Assembly (NCBI RefSeq): GCF_009834535.1
Contig: NC_045707.1
Coordinates: 52,516,001 to 52,580,000 of the forward strand
DNA length: 64,000 bases
Origin: Camelus ferus
Taxonomy: Eukaryota
Direction: 5' to 3'
The position numbers and the translations under genes are program-made. This document shows positions 49,481 to 63,329 of this stretch, piece after piece. Position 1 is the stretch's first letter, and the number at the start of each line of letters is the position of its first letter. A model generated the notes under the pieces. That model did not search any database, was not told the origin of the DNA, and worked only from the letters and a program-made list of their open reading frames with translations.

Positions 49481-52400
49481 GGACTGTCAGCCTTTGTTGT
49501 TACCATGGTGATGAGATACCACACCCATCATTTTCTCCTCAAGCTCTAAGACAAACTCACCTGTGTTATAAAATCTTCAAAAGAGAATTTGGATCGACGA
49601 CAAAAGTCCTGAGGATGTGACTGGGAGGGGTTTGGTGGCTAAGGGCTAAAACAAAAGACAGAAGCACTTTGTAAAGGCCTCAGTTAATTTCAAAATTGCA
49701 GAAATTGAAGAAAGTGAAAATGACACCTACCTTGTTCGACAAATAACACCAAAAGCATAGCAGCAAATACTGCAGAACGAGAACAATATGACAATGATGA
49801 CAGATTTTTATCATTTCCGTGAAATAAAGATGTGACTCTGGAACCATCCAGTACTTGTGAAATCTTGGACTCCACCTCTGTGATCTAGGATGCCCTGTCC
49901 CCAACTGTACCCAATGGGACATCAAAAGACAGAGGCTTAGGTCACTTAATAGTCGCCCCACAAGAGACAGCACATCGTTCCTCCGTGCCTGCATTTTTCT
50001 TGTAAAATGGTGACACTAACCTGCTCAAGGCCCTCTCGGGGTGGGTGTGCAGACCAGAGGAGGACACGGGTGTGAACTTAGACGTAAGTTCTGCTCGAAG
50101 GACTGTCCTAAAATCCTGCCTGCACCTGGCTATTTCTTCACGGGAAACAATCTATAACCTCCTTTTAAAAAAAAAATCAAACCTCCACTCTTTACCCTGG
50201 CCTCCATCCAAACCTTCAGCAGTCTGAGCCCTCCGCAGCCCCAGTCCACCTGCTCACGCTGTTCATCTCACTCAGCTAAGAACACCTCCCAGGTGGCCGC
50301 CATGCCCTAGGTCTGTCTGCGGTCATTCCTTCCCTCTTCCCTCCTTCCCGCCTCCATCAGCCGAACACTGGTAACCGCCAGCCCTTCTGAGTGTTCTGCA
50401 TGCAGGCCTCACAGCTGAGGCCGCCTCGGCCTCTCGGGTCTGGGGGACACACCGGGATCCTCCCCTTTCGTCGTCGTCTGCGCAGACCTTCCTGAGCATG
50501 GCCGTGCTTGCTGTGCGTGTCTCCGTGTGCGCTGAGCACCTGCCCTCTGCCAGGCCCTCGGAACGATGTCTCCTGTGTGTCGGAGCCTCTCCCGGTAGGA
50601 GAGCTGAGCACTCCTGCCATCGTGGGGCAGCTGTCGTCACAGAAAAGAGCTTTTCTGGAGAACACACCCCTTCTAGGTGGGGAGGCCTTTGCTCTGTCTT
50701 GCTAAACATCAGCAAGCCCTCCCAGCACCTGGCTTTTGCTGAGCTTTCAAAATAGCTGAAGGCTCTCACGGTTCCCCAGGAAATGCGCTCTCATACTCTG
50801 AACACCTGTTTTGAGCCAGACACTCTCTATCAAATCACAACAACACAACAGGACAGATCACAGCTAACAAGTGTCCGTCTGCTGTGATCAGGTGTCTGCC
50901 AATGGCCTTCCACGTGTCAGCTCATGGAGCCCTCAGCCCAGCGGTCAGGGGACCCGACCACTGAGGCTTCTGTCACCACTGCCCCCCACTTGTCGTGAGG
51001 CCCAGGTGGAAGGAGACACCAGCACAGAGAGGGGCTCCGACTCATCCCACGTGCCCGCTCCCACGTGCTTCCAAACCCGCACAGGACACAGCTCCCGGAA
51101 CAGCGCAGGCCACCCTGCTCTCCGGCCAGAGCCTGCCACACCGGCCGTGTGCTGGGAATGCCTCTGCACGCTCTCAAAGCCTGAGCCTTACCAGTGAGAA
51201 AAGGAGACTCGGGGAGGTGAAGGGCAGAGTGCCGGTGGCGTCCGGCTGCAGGTGCAGGGCTGGGGGCTGACCCCCGGCGGGTCTCAGGAGCCGGTCCTCT
51301 GCCTGCCCTGCACGGCGGGGTGACTCCAGCGCAAGCCTTCTGCTGTCTTCTAACTGTGTTCTGGATGCCAGCATCTCCATAGTGTCTCAAAGACCGGTTT
51401 CTGCTCCTCGCAGGATTTTCTGTGATAGCATTCTTTAGAGTAGGCCTAGGGGCTGGCAGGAAACAAGAGCACAGTAATTGTCTGCCGCTTGGAATGCAGG
51501 TGTAGCCCCCTTCCCTGTGTGCCTTGGTGCTACGTGCAGCGAAAAGACAGTGTCTCAATCTCTAGTTCCATAATCGGTTCTCAGAAAGACAAGGTAAAAT
51601 GTGAAAACTAATTTACTGGTATGGGTCAGTTTCTCCAGAACACGAGTGGTCTCTTTTTGGCTGCATTAATAACTAGCTGGTATTTTAGAAGAAACAGAGG
51701 TGCCAATGAGGTGCTAACCACCCCTCCACACACCCTTTTAAGCAACTAATTATGACTAACAGTCATGCATTTACATCAGATTTAAAACCTAATGAATTCA
51801 ACCTTACAAAGAAAAATGATTAATGAGGATGCTCTGTACATAACTTAATAAGAAAAGGTCAGGGAGGCTATTGAGAGTAAGATACTGAAAATGTTGCAAA
51901 TTGCAGAATGGCTTCATCCTAATCTGTTATTTGAAATAAAAAGGGATGTCTTCAGAGCTCACTTTGATAAGCAATCTGGAGGTCTAGCCAGCACTCAACT
52001 CCCAGGGCCAAAGGAAACTTTGAACATTTAAGCCTTTCTCTCCTCAGAACAGTCAAGAATTTCTTTCTCTCTACAGGGTTGGTGCCTCATCTGCAAGTTT
52101 TAAGAGAGCTTTGAAAGCTTGAAGGATTTGGGACCCCAGGGCAGGAATGAACCCGGACTCACACGCGTCCCGGTTGGTTCTGCCGCCCAGCTTCCATGCC
52201 CGTTCAGTGTCCTTTTCAGTGACTGAGTGTCTAACTGCCTTTTGGCTACACATTAACTATGTTTCCACTCTACAGTTTCTCCCGGTTTCAGCTGTGTGCG
52301 CATTGTTAAGTTTTTACAGTGTTCTTGAATGATAACGTAGAGCTGAATGCAAACATTAATAGGAAATTATCTTTTGGAAAAAAATGGAATGAATGAGGTT

Positions 52401-53349
52401 CCTTCTTTTAAGCTTTGGACTCTGTAATACTGTTTCCATCACACTGGTCTAGAAAGATAACTCACGCAGCTAATACGCACGCCCGCCCAAGGCGCCCGGC
52501 ACACAGCCCTCCATTCCCTCGGCCCCACTGCGAGGCGGCAGCCCTCCGAGTCTCACTCAGTCTTATCACCGACTTCCCATGCGCACCTGCACCCCCGACG
52601 TGCTGCGCGAGCTCCTCACGAGGCAGCCCCTGCTGAGAGCTCCGGGGCCGCCTCCGCCTCGCCAGGCTAGTGCCGGGACGCTCAGAGCCGACACCGTGGT
52701 CCCCGCTCCCACGGGAGGGTCTGTCTCTGCCTTCGAGTTACGCCCTCCATGACTCTGAATTTATTACGCAGGGTTCCCAGATCCCGTTGGTGCCATATTT
52801 AGGAATATCTACTTCCCTGCTTCAAAATTAGTGGCTCTGTTGTTTCCATAATCATGTCTACTTTACTCTGTCTCCATGTTAACCTGGAAGATCTGGGTAA
52901 TAATTTAGATGTGAGTGTTTACTACTCGGTCTTCACTCGAACATGTGATGGCCAACGTTTATACAGACACCGTCTTTACGACACTTAAACATAAAACACA
53001 CAGGTGTGTTTTAGGGTGTGTGTATCTAGATACGTGTGTGTAAATGTAACACACTGCGTTTACCAACGTGTGATAGCCTTCCCCTTCCCCTCAGGTCGGA
53101 TAGTTGGCGAACAGCAGATGGCTGGGTTCTCGAGGGCGGATGCTACGCTGTGCCCTGTCAGTTTCCTCCAACAGCACCAGCATAGCGTTAGCATTAAAGA
53201 CCGTTGGATAAAAGGGTTTTGAGTGAATCCTTTGACTATTTATCGAGTTACTGAGAGAAAGAGAATCTCATTATCGCTTACGCAATGCTGTTTAAGGGCG
53301 TGGGTTACAGTCAAGCATCGCAGGTCTGCGTCCCGCGTCCGCCCCATGC

Positions 53350-53515
53350 TAACTCCACGACCTGGAGCGAGTCACAATACCTGGTTTTGCCTTCATTTTC
53401 TCATTTATAAAATTGGGATAATAGTAGAACAAATGTCATAAAGTGGTAAAGACTAAATGAGTTTATACTTGCGTAGCATTTAATACACGGCCTGCTCTGA
53501 GTAAGGGCTTAGCAA
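53350..53515 (+). mobile_element. MIR SINE
   Basis: ccttcattttctcatttataaaattgggataatagta...taaatgagtttatac. Confidence 0.65.
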
Positions 53516-56444
53516 CGTCCGCTCTTGGGCTGTCAATCCTCACATCGTCAAACTGATTGTTGTAAGATGACAGTTCTGTTTTGTTTTTGTTTTTTGTTTG
53601 TTTTTGGAAATTAAAACTGAACACTCCCCACTATGGCCAGAAATGACAGCATCGGTTAAGGAAAGGGCTTTCCCAACATATTCTTGATCTCAAATATTCC
53701 TTCCAGTCATTCCTATAATAAATATATTTGAAACAATGCTCTCTGTGGTCACATCCATCGGAAAAGTTGAACTCAAATGGTAGCTGTGGTGAGGACCAGG
53801 GAATTACATGTAAGCCAACTGTAACGAGTTTACTGAACCAGGTCTACAAATCCTAGCCGAATTTACCTGCCCCAAATCAACAGGGCAACACAGGCAGGCC
53901 AACCCTAACCCTAACCCTATAAAATTCTTTCTCCTTAGCTGTGTGGGGACATTAGTCATTGGCCAGGGAAGCAGACTGCAAGCCCACTGGTCACTCACAC
54001 TGTTAGTCAAAAGCTGGCCTTCTTGAGCCAGACAGACCCTGACGGGCAGACCCTGTGTCTTAAGCTTCTGTTACCTCCTGGAACCTGCCTCGCTGCTTCT
54101 CAACCAGCCTTGGCGTTAACAGGTGTCATGTAGAAAACAGTTAAGCTTTTAAAAAAATAAAAACATGGGTCTTTCTCTATACCAGGCAGGGAAGGGTGGC
54201 TTTCTTTTTCATAGGATATGTTTTTGGTTTGGGGGTTTTTTGTTTTGTTTTGTTTTTTTTTTTTTTGCCTAAAAGCCACTAATACACAATCCTGAAAGTC
54301 AGAAAAATCTATCCTGACATGAAAAGCCTAAAATCATCGACTTGTCTTAAAGCAAAATCAGCGGAGTGCAGTCTAATGTGTACTGGAGCTCTAAGTTTAC
54401 ATTCATCCACTGGTATAAACCTTTAATCCTCAAACTCCCCTCTCGTTTGCTGGTAGAAAATCTTCAAAATCAGGATTATATGGCTTAATACAAAAAGCGG
54501 TTGATAATTTTGGGGCATTTAGCTATTTGCACTGCAGAAGAATCATGTGTTTAAGTCCTGCGTGGGTGGAGGGTCTTGGCGAGGCAGGCCACGTGTCATG
54601 GGGCTATTAGGCAGGAGGCTGGTTCCTACTTTTCCTGGAGGCTCCACTTAGAGTTGGTTTTCAAAGCTTTGCCTTCTGGAAATTAGCACAGACGCTTATA
54701 ATATTTCAGTGTCCAACATTTCATCCTTTCAGATTAAGGCAAATTGTTAGGGGAAGCTCGCAGGCACGCTCTGCATCAAAAGGTGGACGGGTGCATGAGC
54801 AGAGACTCAGACATAACACCTCCTTGCTCCCATCAGGAAGGAGAGCTGATTTTCCAGCACTCACTCCGAATGCTTTTGGCTCCTTTGTTTGGAATAATTC
54901 ATCATGGAACATCTGGTCGACTCATAACAGCTTTGCAGCTTCAAGTAACTTTCCAGCCTAAATCGTTCTGGAGGCATCAGCATTTCTTTTGGTTATGAAT
55001 GTGGTGGACAAGTTTCATATTGTATAGTGCTGACGTGAAGGAAATGTGACAAATCAAATTTGTTCTTTGTGTGGCTAACGTTGCGTGAGCGAGGAGCGCG
55101 CCTCTCCGGAGAGCTGTGTCTCCCCTTTTGGTGAACTTGGCAACAGAAATGTGTTTATCCTCTTGATTATAGCATCTGGGTCACATTACCAAGTTCTGCA
55201 CTGAACTGTATGAGGGTTTCCTTTAAAGCTTTTCTTATTTGGATGTCTCTTCCTATACACTTTTATTGTTATTATTATTATGCAAGCATAAAAGTGAGTT
55301 TTGTGGTTGAATTCATTTCAATAGAAATGCAATAGATGCTAAATGCACCGATTTTGATATAATTTGATAAGCGAGTCAGTCTTCCATGGAGAAATGTGCT
55401 CTGCAGTGTGGGGACTGGTGTGTATCAGAAAGTAACCCACATAGCTTATGAAAACATGCCTGCTGGGGAAGTTGAATTTCCAAGTGTTGAAATGTTTATT
55501 TTGTACATCACATAGTTGCCAAAACCCTCAAAGCACGAGGTTTGTTTAAAGGAATGTAAAAGAAGAACGCCAATGCTGGAACACAATGCAAGGAAATTGA
55601 GCAAAATAATGAAGAAAACAGTGTATCAGTAGTCATTGTCAAACAGTAGCTATACACAAGCAGACGGCTTTGGGTCTCAAGCTTTCTTTCGGCCAGGGCA
55701 AGTAGGAAATGTGTTGAATTAAGTGACGAAAGATCAGAAGGGAAGAGGATGATTTTTTCCTCCGAGAGAGCTAGGACCTGTGTCAAGGGGCTTTCCCTAT
55801 GTTTCCATCGGGGGTGTTATGGTTTCCGGTCTTACCTGTGTGTCTTTATTCTATCCCAGCCACCGGCTGGGATCTCACTTAGGTGTTACTGCAGAAAGGA
55901 ACTTGGTCTGCCGAGACACTAGTGCTGGTTGCCGGGAGGTCCGCCCCCATTTCCCCAGTCCCCCTGACCGCCGGGGGTCAGGCCACACAGATTTCCCACC
56001 ATCCCTGCGAGGCGAGACCTGCAGGCCTCCTGGGAAGACACGCACGGTGCTGGGGGAGCTGAGTGCGTTTGCCTTTCCTGAGCTGAAAGGTCCATCTCTG
56101 CTTTTTGTTCAATAGACATTGATGGACAAAGTAACGATTTATAGACCAAAGGGGTAAGGCTAGGACATTTATTCTACATTGTAATAGCCACTGACTTGGC
56201 ACTTTCTGTATGAATAACTATACCAAAGAAGTACATTTATTGGTTTTTTTTAATATTTCATGTATTAGTTGGAAGTTTCCAAGGCAAGGTAGGAAATTTT
56301 CTTTATTTCGGGCTATTAAGTGGAACATGGAGTGTGATAAATTGCTATTTTACCATAGCAACCAAACTCTCCTGAATTTCCCTAGGAACACGTCTAGCTT
56401 CAGTCACTTAACAAATAAAAACAAGATCCACACCACTGTCTGGC

Positions 56445-56790
56445 TTTTTAAAATTGAAGTGCGCTCGGTTTACACTGTTGTGTCAGTTTCCGGTGCACAG
56501 CATCATGTCTCAGTCATACGTGAACAGACGTGTATTTGTTTTCATGTTCTTTTTCATTACAGGCTAGCGCAAGATATTGAACATAGTTCCCTGTGCTAGA
56601 CAGTAGAAACTTGCTGTTTATCTGTTTTCTATATGGTAGTTGGTATCTGCAAGCCTTGAACTCCCAAATTATCCCTTCCTCCCCACTCCCCCCAGGTAAC
56701 CATACGTTTGTGTTCTGTGTCTGTGAGTCTGTTGTCTGTTTCCATTTTGCAAATAAGTTCGTTTGTGTCTTTTTTTTTTTTTTTTTTGAG
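56445..56790 (-). mobile_element. L1 3' end (camelid-like)
   Basis: tttttaaaattgaagt...aagatattgaacatagttccctgtgcta...aactcccaaattatccct...ggtaaccat. Confidence 0.9.
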
Positions 56791-56846
56791 TACAGCTACC
56801 TCTCTGTACTCGTTTGGGAAGACCAAGCGGTCAGGGTGTGTCTCCA

Positions 56847-56850
<4 letters not shown>

Positions 56851-56885
<35 letters not shown>
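56851..56885. repeat. (CA)17 microsatellite
   Basis: Read directly. Confidence 0.95.
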
Positions 56886-56888
<3 letters not shown>

Positions 56889-59800
56889 CAGCTTGACAAT
56901 CAGTGTCACCCTGAGCTATCAGGCCCTGGGGAAATGAGTCACTGAACCAGATGGGTAGGAGACTGAGGAATAAAATCAGATTCCAGAGTTAAATTCCATG
57001 ATTAGCCCATAATTGTCTCAGTCATGCGCAAGGGGCCAGCGGGAGCATGAGGGCTGTCAGTGGCCCCGGGCGATGCTCCCACACACCGAGAACTTCCCGC
57101 CTCTCCCAGGCTCTCTTCATTTCCAAAACCCTCCAAGACAAGTTCAGTTAATTGTGTTGCAACCTGTCTAACACCTGTCACATTTGTTCCCTTTTGTAGA
57201 AATTAGAATGATTATTTAATTTGGCAGTTTTAAACATCTTTGTTTAAGATTCTTAGAAAACATACAAGTTTGCATCCTCCTGCCTCAGGTCAGTGTCCCT
57301 CAGAGAGTTTCTGGGGGCCTGACCTCCTCTGCGCACCCAGGCTGGGCTCTTCCAAAAGGCTGTGACAAAATGCTGTTTATCATCGGTAAATAATCCACAA
57401 AATAAATCACTTGCATATTAAAATTTTAATAACTTATCAGCTTAAGCTGAGAGTCACTCTCTTCTTCCAAGATGAATAAAGCTAATGAGAAATGTGTGAC
57501 TGGTAATACCTCATTTTTAATATTGGCAATTTATCATTGATAACACAATTGTTAATGTGGTTAGTCTATGAGTGAAAATGCAGCTGATTATAATGTCTCT
57601 GCTTTTAAGTGCGTTTCTCCAGAGGGCCTTCCCTAAGACCAGAAGCGCTCTTAGGCAGCAGAGAGTCAGGGTCTGACTGTGGCTGGTGCCACCTGGGACA
57701 CTTAGCTCCTGTTTAGTCAGAGTGGACCTCGTGCTTTAGCAGCGCCCACGCCTGATTTCATTCACCCGAACCGCAGCCCTGAGAGTTGGGGGCTACAAGT
57801 GTGCCTCGCTCAGGCAGGTGTCTGCTGCATGTCTGTTGCTAATCTAACCATCACGACGACCAGCTGTGTTCACCTGAGTCGGGAAGTTGAGTGACAGTCA
57901 CGAGCCGGGGGCTGCACACAGTGAGGGGCAACGTGGCTTCACGGGAGCTGAGGTTCCAACAGTGGCATCCAGTCTACACTTGGCTCTGACAGAACAAGGC
58001 AGATAACAGCGGAGGCCAAGAGACGCCTCTTGCCTTCTCCGCCTCATAGATCTCGGTGTCACCCGTCTTCTGATTTTCACACTTTCCTTGCGTCAAGCTT
58101 TCCTTGTGTGACCATAGTCACTGTCCTCTCCAAACTCCATGCTAACAACTCCCAAACCCAAGGCCCCAGATCGCTCCCTCGAGGCACAGACATATTTCTA
58201 AGCGTGTAGGAGGTGTCTAGTGATGGTTCTTGTCTGAACGCCCTGTGGTCCCTGTAACTCACCCTGTGCCCATGTTGATGCCAGTCCTGCATTCACTGAC
58301 CCACCCAGGCGTCCAAGATAAACCTCACAGTCACTCTTTATCAAGCCTCCACTCATCCAAACAGCTGCCAAGTCCTGCTTACGTCCCTTCCAACCCACCC
58401 CCGCCTGCACCTCCAGGTCACTGGCCGAGCCAGGCTGTCCTCGTCCCCTGCAGATCCGTGCAAGGCTCCTGACCACACACATGTCACAAAACACCCTCTT
58501 CTTGCTCAGCCAAACACCAACACCTTCAAACGGATGTTTGTCTTTGTTTTTTAGTGATGGATATAGTTTTTCCCATTGTCCTTGGTGGGAGCTTTGCTTT
58601 GCTGCAAGTCGTTTATCGCAGCAGAAGTGGAATCTGAAATCAACCCCTTCAAGCTACAGTATGTCAAGGCAGAATGTGCCACATTTTTATAAGTTACTTC
58701 TGAACGAATCTCCAGCTTGGTTTTACAGACTGAAGTTCTCTCCTCATAAACCTGTGATGGGCGACGGCTGAGAAATTAGATGAATGGTCAGAGCGGTGTA
58801 GGTCGTTATGCTGTATTACGTTTTATTTCAGTCTGGAAGTCTTCGTGCTGGCGCACCATGCTGAGGGTCCGGAAGTTGCAGAGACCAGAGAAGCAAATAA
58901 GCCCACTGAACTTCTCTTCGTGTGCTTAAATCTACCGTGTGACCCAGCCATAAGGACAGTCAGGACCTGTAAGATTTCAGAGCAAGGACACGCACGTTCA
59001 TAGCAGCGTAATTCAAATAGCACAGAATTGTGGTGTGGATCAAATTATTGAAACTCCACATTAAAATTCATCAATCGAGTGAGACAAAAGTCTGATTACT
59101 CAATCTAAAACTCTGCTCATTACATGGGCTTAAAGGAAGCAATCTCTGTTTTTCTGGGATAAAATTCAGGAGACTTGGATTTCTGCCCTTGTTATTTGAC
59201 CCTAATCACATAGAATTTTCCCCAAGGTTCACTTTCTCCCTTAAAACAGGCCAGTGTTATTTACAGCACCCTGGTCATAAGACTGTTTAGAGAAGAAAAT
59301 TAGGTCATATATATAAAAGTACTATGAAAAGTGAAGTGCCTCTAAAATTATGTGTGTTTATTCATTTTTAAAAGTTTTAAGGGATTAGCAACTCGTGAAT
59401 AGAGAAATTCATCAAACTCACACCTGCAGATCTGACTCAGGAAATGGACTTTTGGAAAAAGCAGTCTGGACGGCAAAGCAAAACGTGGTCCCGGGAGCTC
59501 CACCTGCTTGTGGTTTCAGAGGAGCCAGCGTTCTGTCTGCCTCTCCACCCATGTCCCCTTCCTGCTCCTCTCACCCCCAAACTCTTCCAAGGGCACACAG
59601 CAGCCCCCCTCCGCCCCAACACGCATCCACGCACATTGCATCCTGGACACAGCCCTGCGGGCCTGGGGACCAGCGGCTCTGGCCCTTCCTACTCCTTGGC
59701 TGAGGTTTGTAGCACAGTCAGCACTGCCATTTGGGCTCCTTCCCTCGTGGTGAGGACGGCTGGCCTGGGGGAGGTTGGCTGGCCTGGAACCAGAGGGAGA

Positions 59801-61521
59801 AGGGGCCAGCGTCCACCTCCCCCTTCCCACAAGTCCCAACCCCATGTTCTGTCCGGAGAGCTGAGGTTGTTCTGTTTTGTTTCCCGGTCCCAGGGCTGCA
59901 GGTGTTTCTCTCAGGCCCAGGGGCACCTGAGCTTCCCTTTCAGACTCTCCTCTGGCCCCTGTGGTTCACAGAGGCCCGGAGCATCCAGCCTCAGTGCTGC
60001 TGCTGAGTGGTGTCCTCTGGGAACCTGGACAGGCCTTGCAGACTCCTCATGGGACGGGAGACAGAGGTTAGGTCAGTCAGCTGGAGACTCCATGGAGGTT
60101 GCTATTAAAGCCGTTTTGTTTCCAAAAATTTAGAATCTCTTAGGTAAGTCTGCCAAACATCAAAACCTTGGGTGATGAATAGTCCTTTAAATATTCAAAC
60201 TTTGCACCATTCCTAATCACAGGAGAATAACCTTGCTGCTGGGTCTTTGCCTGTTTCCACCAAGGATGGCTTCACCTGACCACAGGCTGGAGACATTCAT
60301 CATTCTTATCTTAGACCCCCTCCCTCCTATCCCAGCTCAGAAATATATGTCAGCAAAGAGCTGTCCAGGTAAATGGATGAAGCTCCTCTGTGTTAAATTT
60401 GTAGCTCAATTACAATCAATCTTATGCTATCAGCTTTCAGTGTCTGTGTGTAATTAATATAAACAAAGTAGCGAACCATCATTTCTTATGCCACTTTGTT
60501 TCATGTTAGAAAAAAATGAAATTGGTGCCTGCTATGTAAGTAATTGGCTCCAGTATAAAATCTTAGATTACCCAGGTAGGCATAAGGGAAAAGAGGATGA
60601 TCTTTTTGGGTACCTTTGATTTCAACTTGGTAGGTTTATAAGTGGCAGTCACCTTACTTAAATTAACAACTCAGATCATTTGTTTCATCTCCTCCCCACC
60701 ATTCCCGGCATGGTAACTGGGTTGGGGGAATCAAACCTGCAGACGTCAGCTTCCAAAGCATCCACCTGCCGTGCAGAAAGGGTAGAGGCCAGGTGAGCTG
60801 TGCCATTTAAGGATGTCCGGCACAAAGTGACTCCCTGATGTGTGTTTGCCTGTCCATTCTGAACAATTTGGCTTGGCTTCTAGGTGTTGCTACACATCGA
60901 TCATGATATATCATTAAAGCCAAGCCTTGTAAATGATTTGCCTTTTAAACCAAAAGAATGCTGTGCATTAAACCGGTTGAACACATTTCTTTTATTATAA
61001 CAAGGCCATTCAATTAAAGCAAAATGGCCCGACATGGAGTGACTTTCTGGCATGCAGGCATTTAGTATTCCAGACCCACGTGCGCAGCTGTTTACCACTG
61101 TGGTCTGCGGCGTTTAGGTGTGCAGTGATATTGGACCCCATTTCTCCACTGAAAACTTTATTAAGCATTCTTTTGTTTGGCCAGACAGACATCTGTGTTT
61201 CCAGATTAATGTATTAGGCATTTTTAAATCCTAGAGACACATTTAGCTGCTTTGCAGGAATTTCAATATGTGCCCAAAGGATTATCACAGATCTATAGTC
61301 TATTATTATGTACATTCATTTGCTTGCCCTGCAAAAGACTGAACCTTTCAGCAAATCTTCACCAAAAAACAGCAGAGCCCCTGCATTTCAGCAAAGCTGC
61401 AGATTGTTTGATAATAGGTGTCACCTTGGCACTTCTCTCCAAGAGTTCTCAAAATGCGTTTCCTTCTGAATTTCAATGGCTTGGATACGGATACGCAGTG
61501 TGACTGAATTTCTGCTGCTTT

Positions 61522-61752
61522 ACCACTATATATAAAAATAGATAAAAAACAAGTTTCTTCTGTAGAGCACGGACACTTAGAGTGCTAAATATCTACATAT
61601 TCAATATCTTATGGTGACCTTTAATGAAAAAGAATATGAAAATGAATGTATGTACGTATGTGCCTGACTGGGACATTGTGCTGTACTCCAGAAATGGACA
61701 CATTATAACTGACTATAATAAAAAATTAAATTAAATTAAATTAAATTAAAAA
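61522..61752 (+). mobile_element. L1 3' end with (TTAAA)n tail
   Basis: ctatatataaaaatagataaaaaacaagtttc...gaaaaagaatatgaaaatgaat...ctgtactccagaaa. Confidence 0.9.
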
Positions 61753-62171
61753 GAGTGGTAGAATGTTTCATGGCATACACTTACACCATTCGGAGTTAAC
61801 TCAAATATATAAAAATGAAAGGCAGATGAAAAAGTAGTATCAAATTGTAATGTGTAACGTGTTCACCTCCCTAATGTGTGAAGCAGGCATGTGAATTAAG
61901 AAATAACACGTAGCCTCACTAGAAATATTCGGGTAAAGCACGGACAGGTAGTTTACAAAATAGATGTGGGGAGGCAGCAGGCTTACAACACATCAGCCTT
62001 GTTAGAAAGCGGAGAAGGCTGATTAAACAGAAGAAGCGAAGGTCTCCTTGTAAGCTCCAAGATGAGCGGAAAGGCAGGCCACGCCGGGAGCGTGTGGGGT
62101 CGGCTCGCGCAGGGGGCACTCCAAGAGTGACCGGCCCTTTCTCCCTCAATTAAACAAGATCACACACAGCC

Positions 62172-62177
62172 GCGTGC

Positions 62178-62221
<44 letters not shown>
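62172..62221. repeat. (GCGT)n(GT)n microsatellite
   Basis: Read directly. Confidence 0.95.
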
Positions 62222-62223
<2 letters not shown>

Positions 62224-63329
62224 ATATCACAGTGGTTCTGAGAGGAGGAGTAAACGAGAAGAAAACCTGCATCTCTAATGATAGGATATTGGTGAGAAAA
62301 TTATAGCACAGTCATATAATAGAGTAATAGGCAGCTACTCAAATGAACTTCCCATAATCTATTTATTGACATGAAAAGAGGTTGATTGCACATTTTGCTG
62401 GGGAAAAAATTGAGTTATAGCTCTGTGGCACAAAACTATTTTTAAATGAATTGTGACTTCAAGAATATGAAAACGTCTAAACAGCGTACACCACATCCAC
62501 AGCAGCCCGGGGATAGATTTTTTTTTTCCCCCTCCATTTGGCTCATCTGTATCCTCTCTTTCCTTCTCTCACTTTCTTCAGTAAGCAAATGTAACTTTTG
62601 CAAAATAAAAATAAGTTAACATATTTTTCAAATAGAACACATGCATTTAAATGAGCATTATCTTTTATTGTCACGTTGGGAAACTATAAAAACCTAGTGA
62701 CTTGGTGTAAAACTGCTTCTGTGCCTCTTCAGTAGAATCATATTCTATACTGAAAAAGAATCTGTTTGCATCAATCTTGCCAAGACGGCATCTTTAGTAT
62801 TTCTTATTTCCTGTGTTTTCTTGCAAGAAGACCTCAACCCCCAGAGTAACCTGTCCTTAAGGCTAAAAAGGACTTAAAACATCTCTGTGATCTGATTGAG
62901 GATGATAAGCTGCAGTGATGAAGCTGTCAATAAGATGCCTTTGATGAAATCTACATATATGTTCACGGTTGTTTATTTTCCCATAACTGTGAGTGTACGG
63001 CTGTGATGACTTTGTTAAATTAACATTTGCTAAGTGGAGCCCTGGGGTGCTGGACGCTGAGCCACAGCTCACCAGGAGCTCACTGAAATAGGGAGTGAAG
63101 GAGAGAAGTTGATTCCTCACAGGTCCTGTGGGGGGACTGGATACCCCTCAAGGGACCACCCGGGGAGGTCCAGGAAGGTGCAGACAGAGAGGAAGGACCG
63201 GGGCACAAGCCTTACTGGGGTCCAGGGGTGGAGCGTAGTTCCGGGGCTGGACAGGCCCCACCCTTCACCAGGGATCACAGACAGGCACCCGGGGATTTCG
63301 TTCCCCGTCTCCTCGGTGACTTTGCTTAA

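Noticed and set aside
52992..53013. 10-bp inverted repeat TAAAACACAC-ag-GTGTGTTTTA
   Set aside because: Short, low-complexity arms with no TSD or RNA-gene context.
53901..53919. About three TAACCC telomeric units
   Set aside because: Too short and not at a visible junction.
59444..60133. 229-aa ORF, and similar GC-rich ORFs at 50917-51558 and 13800-14384
   Set aside because: P/G/S/R-rich composition typical of chance ORFs in GC-rich DNA; no domain pattern.
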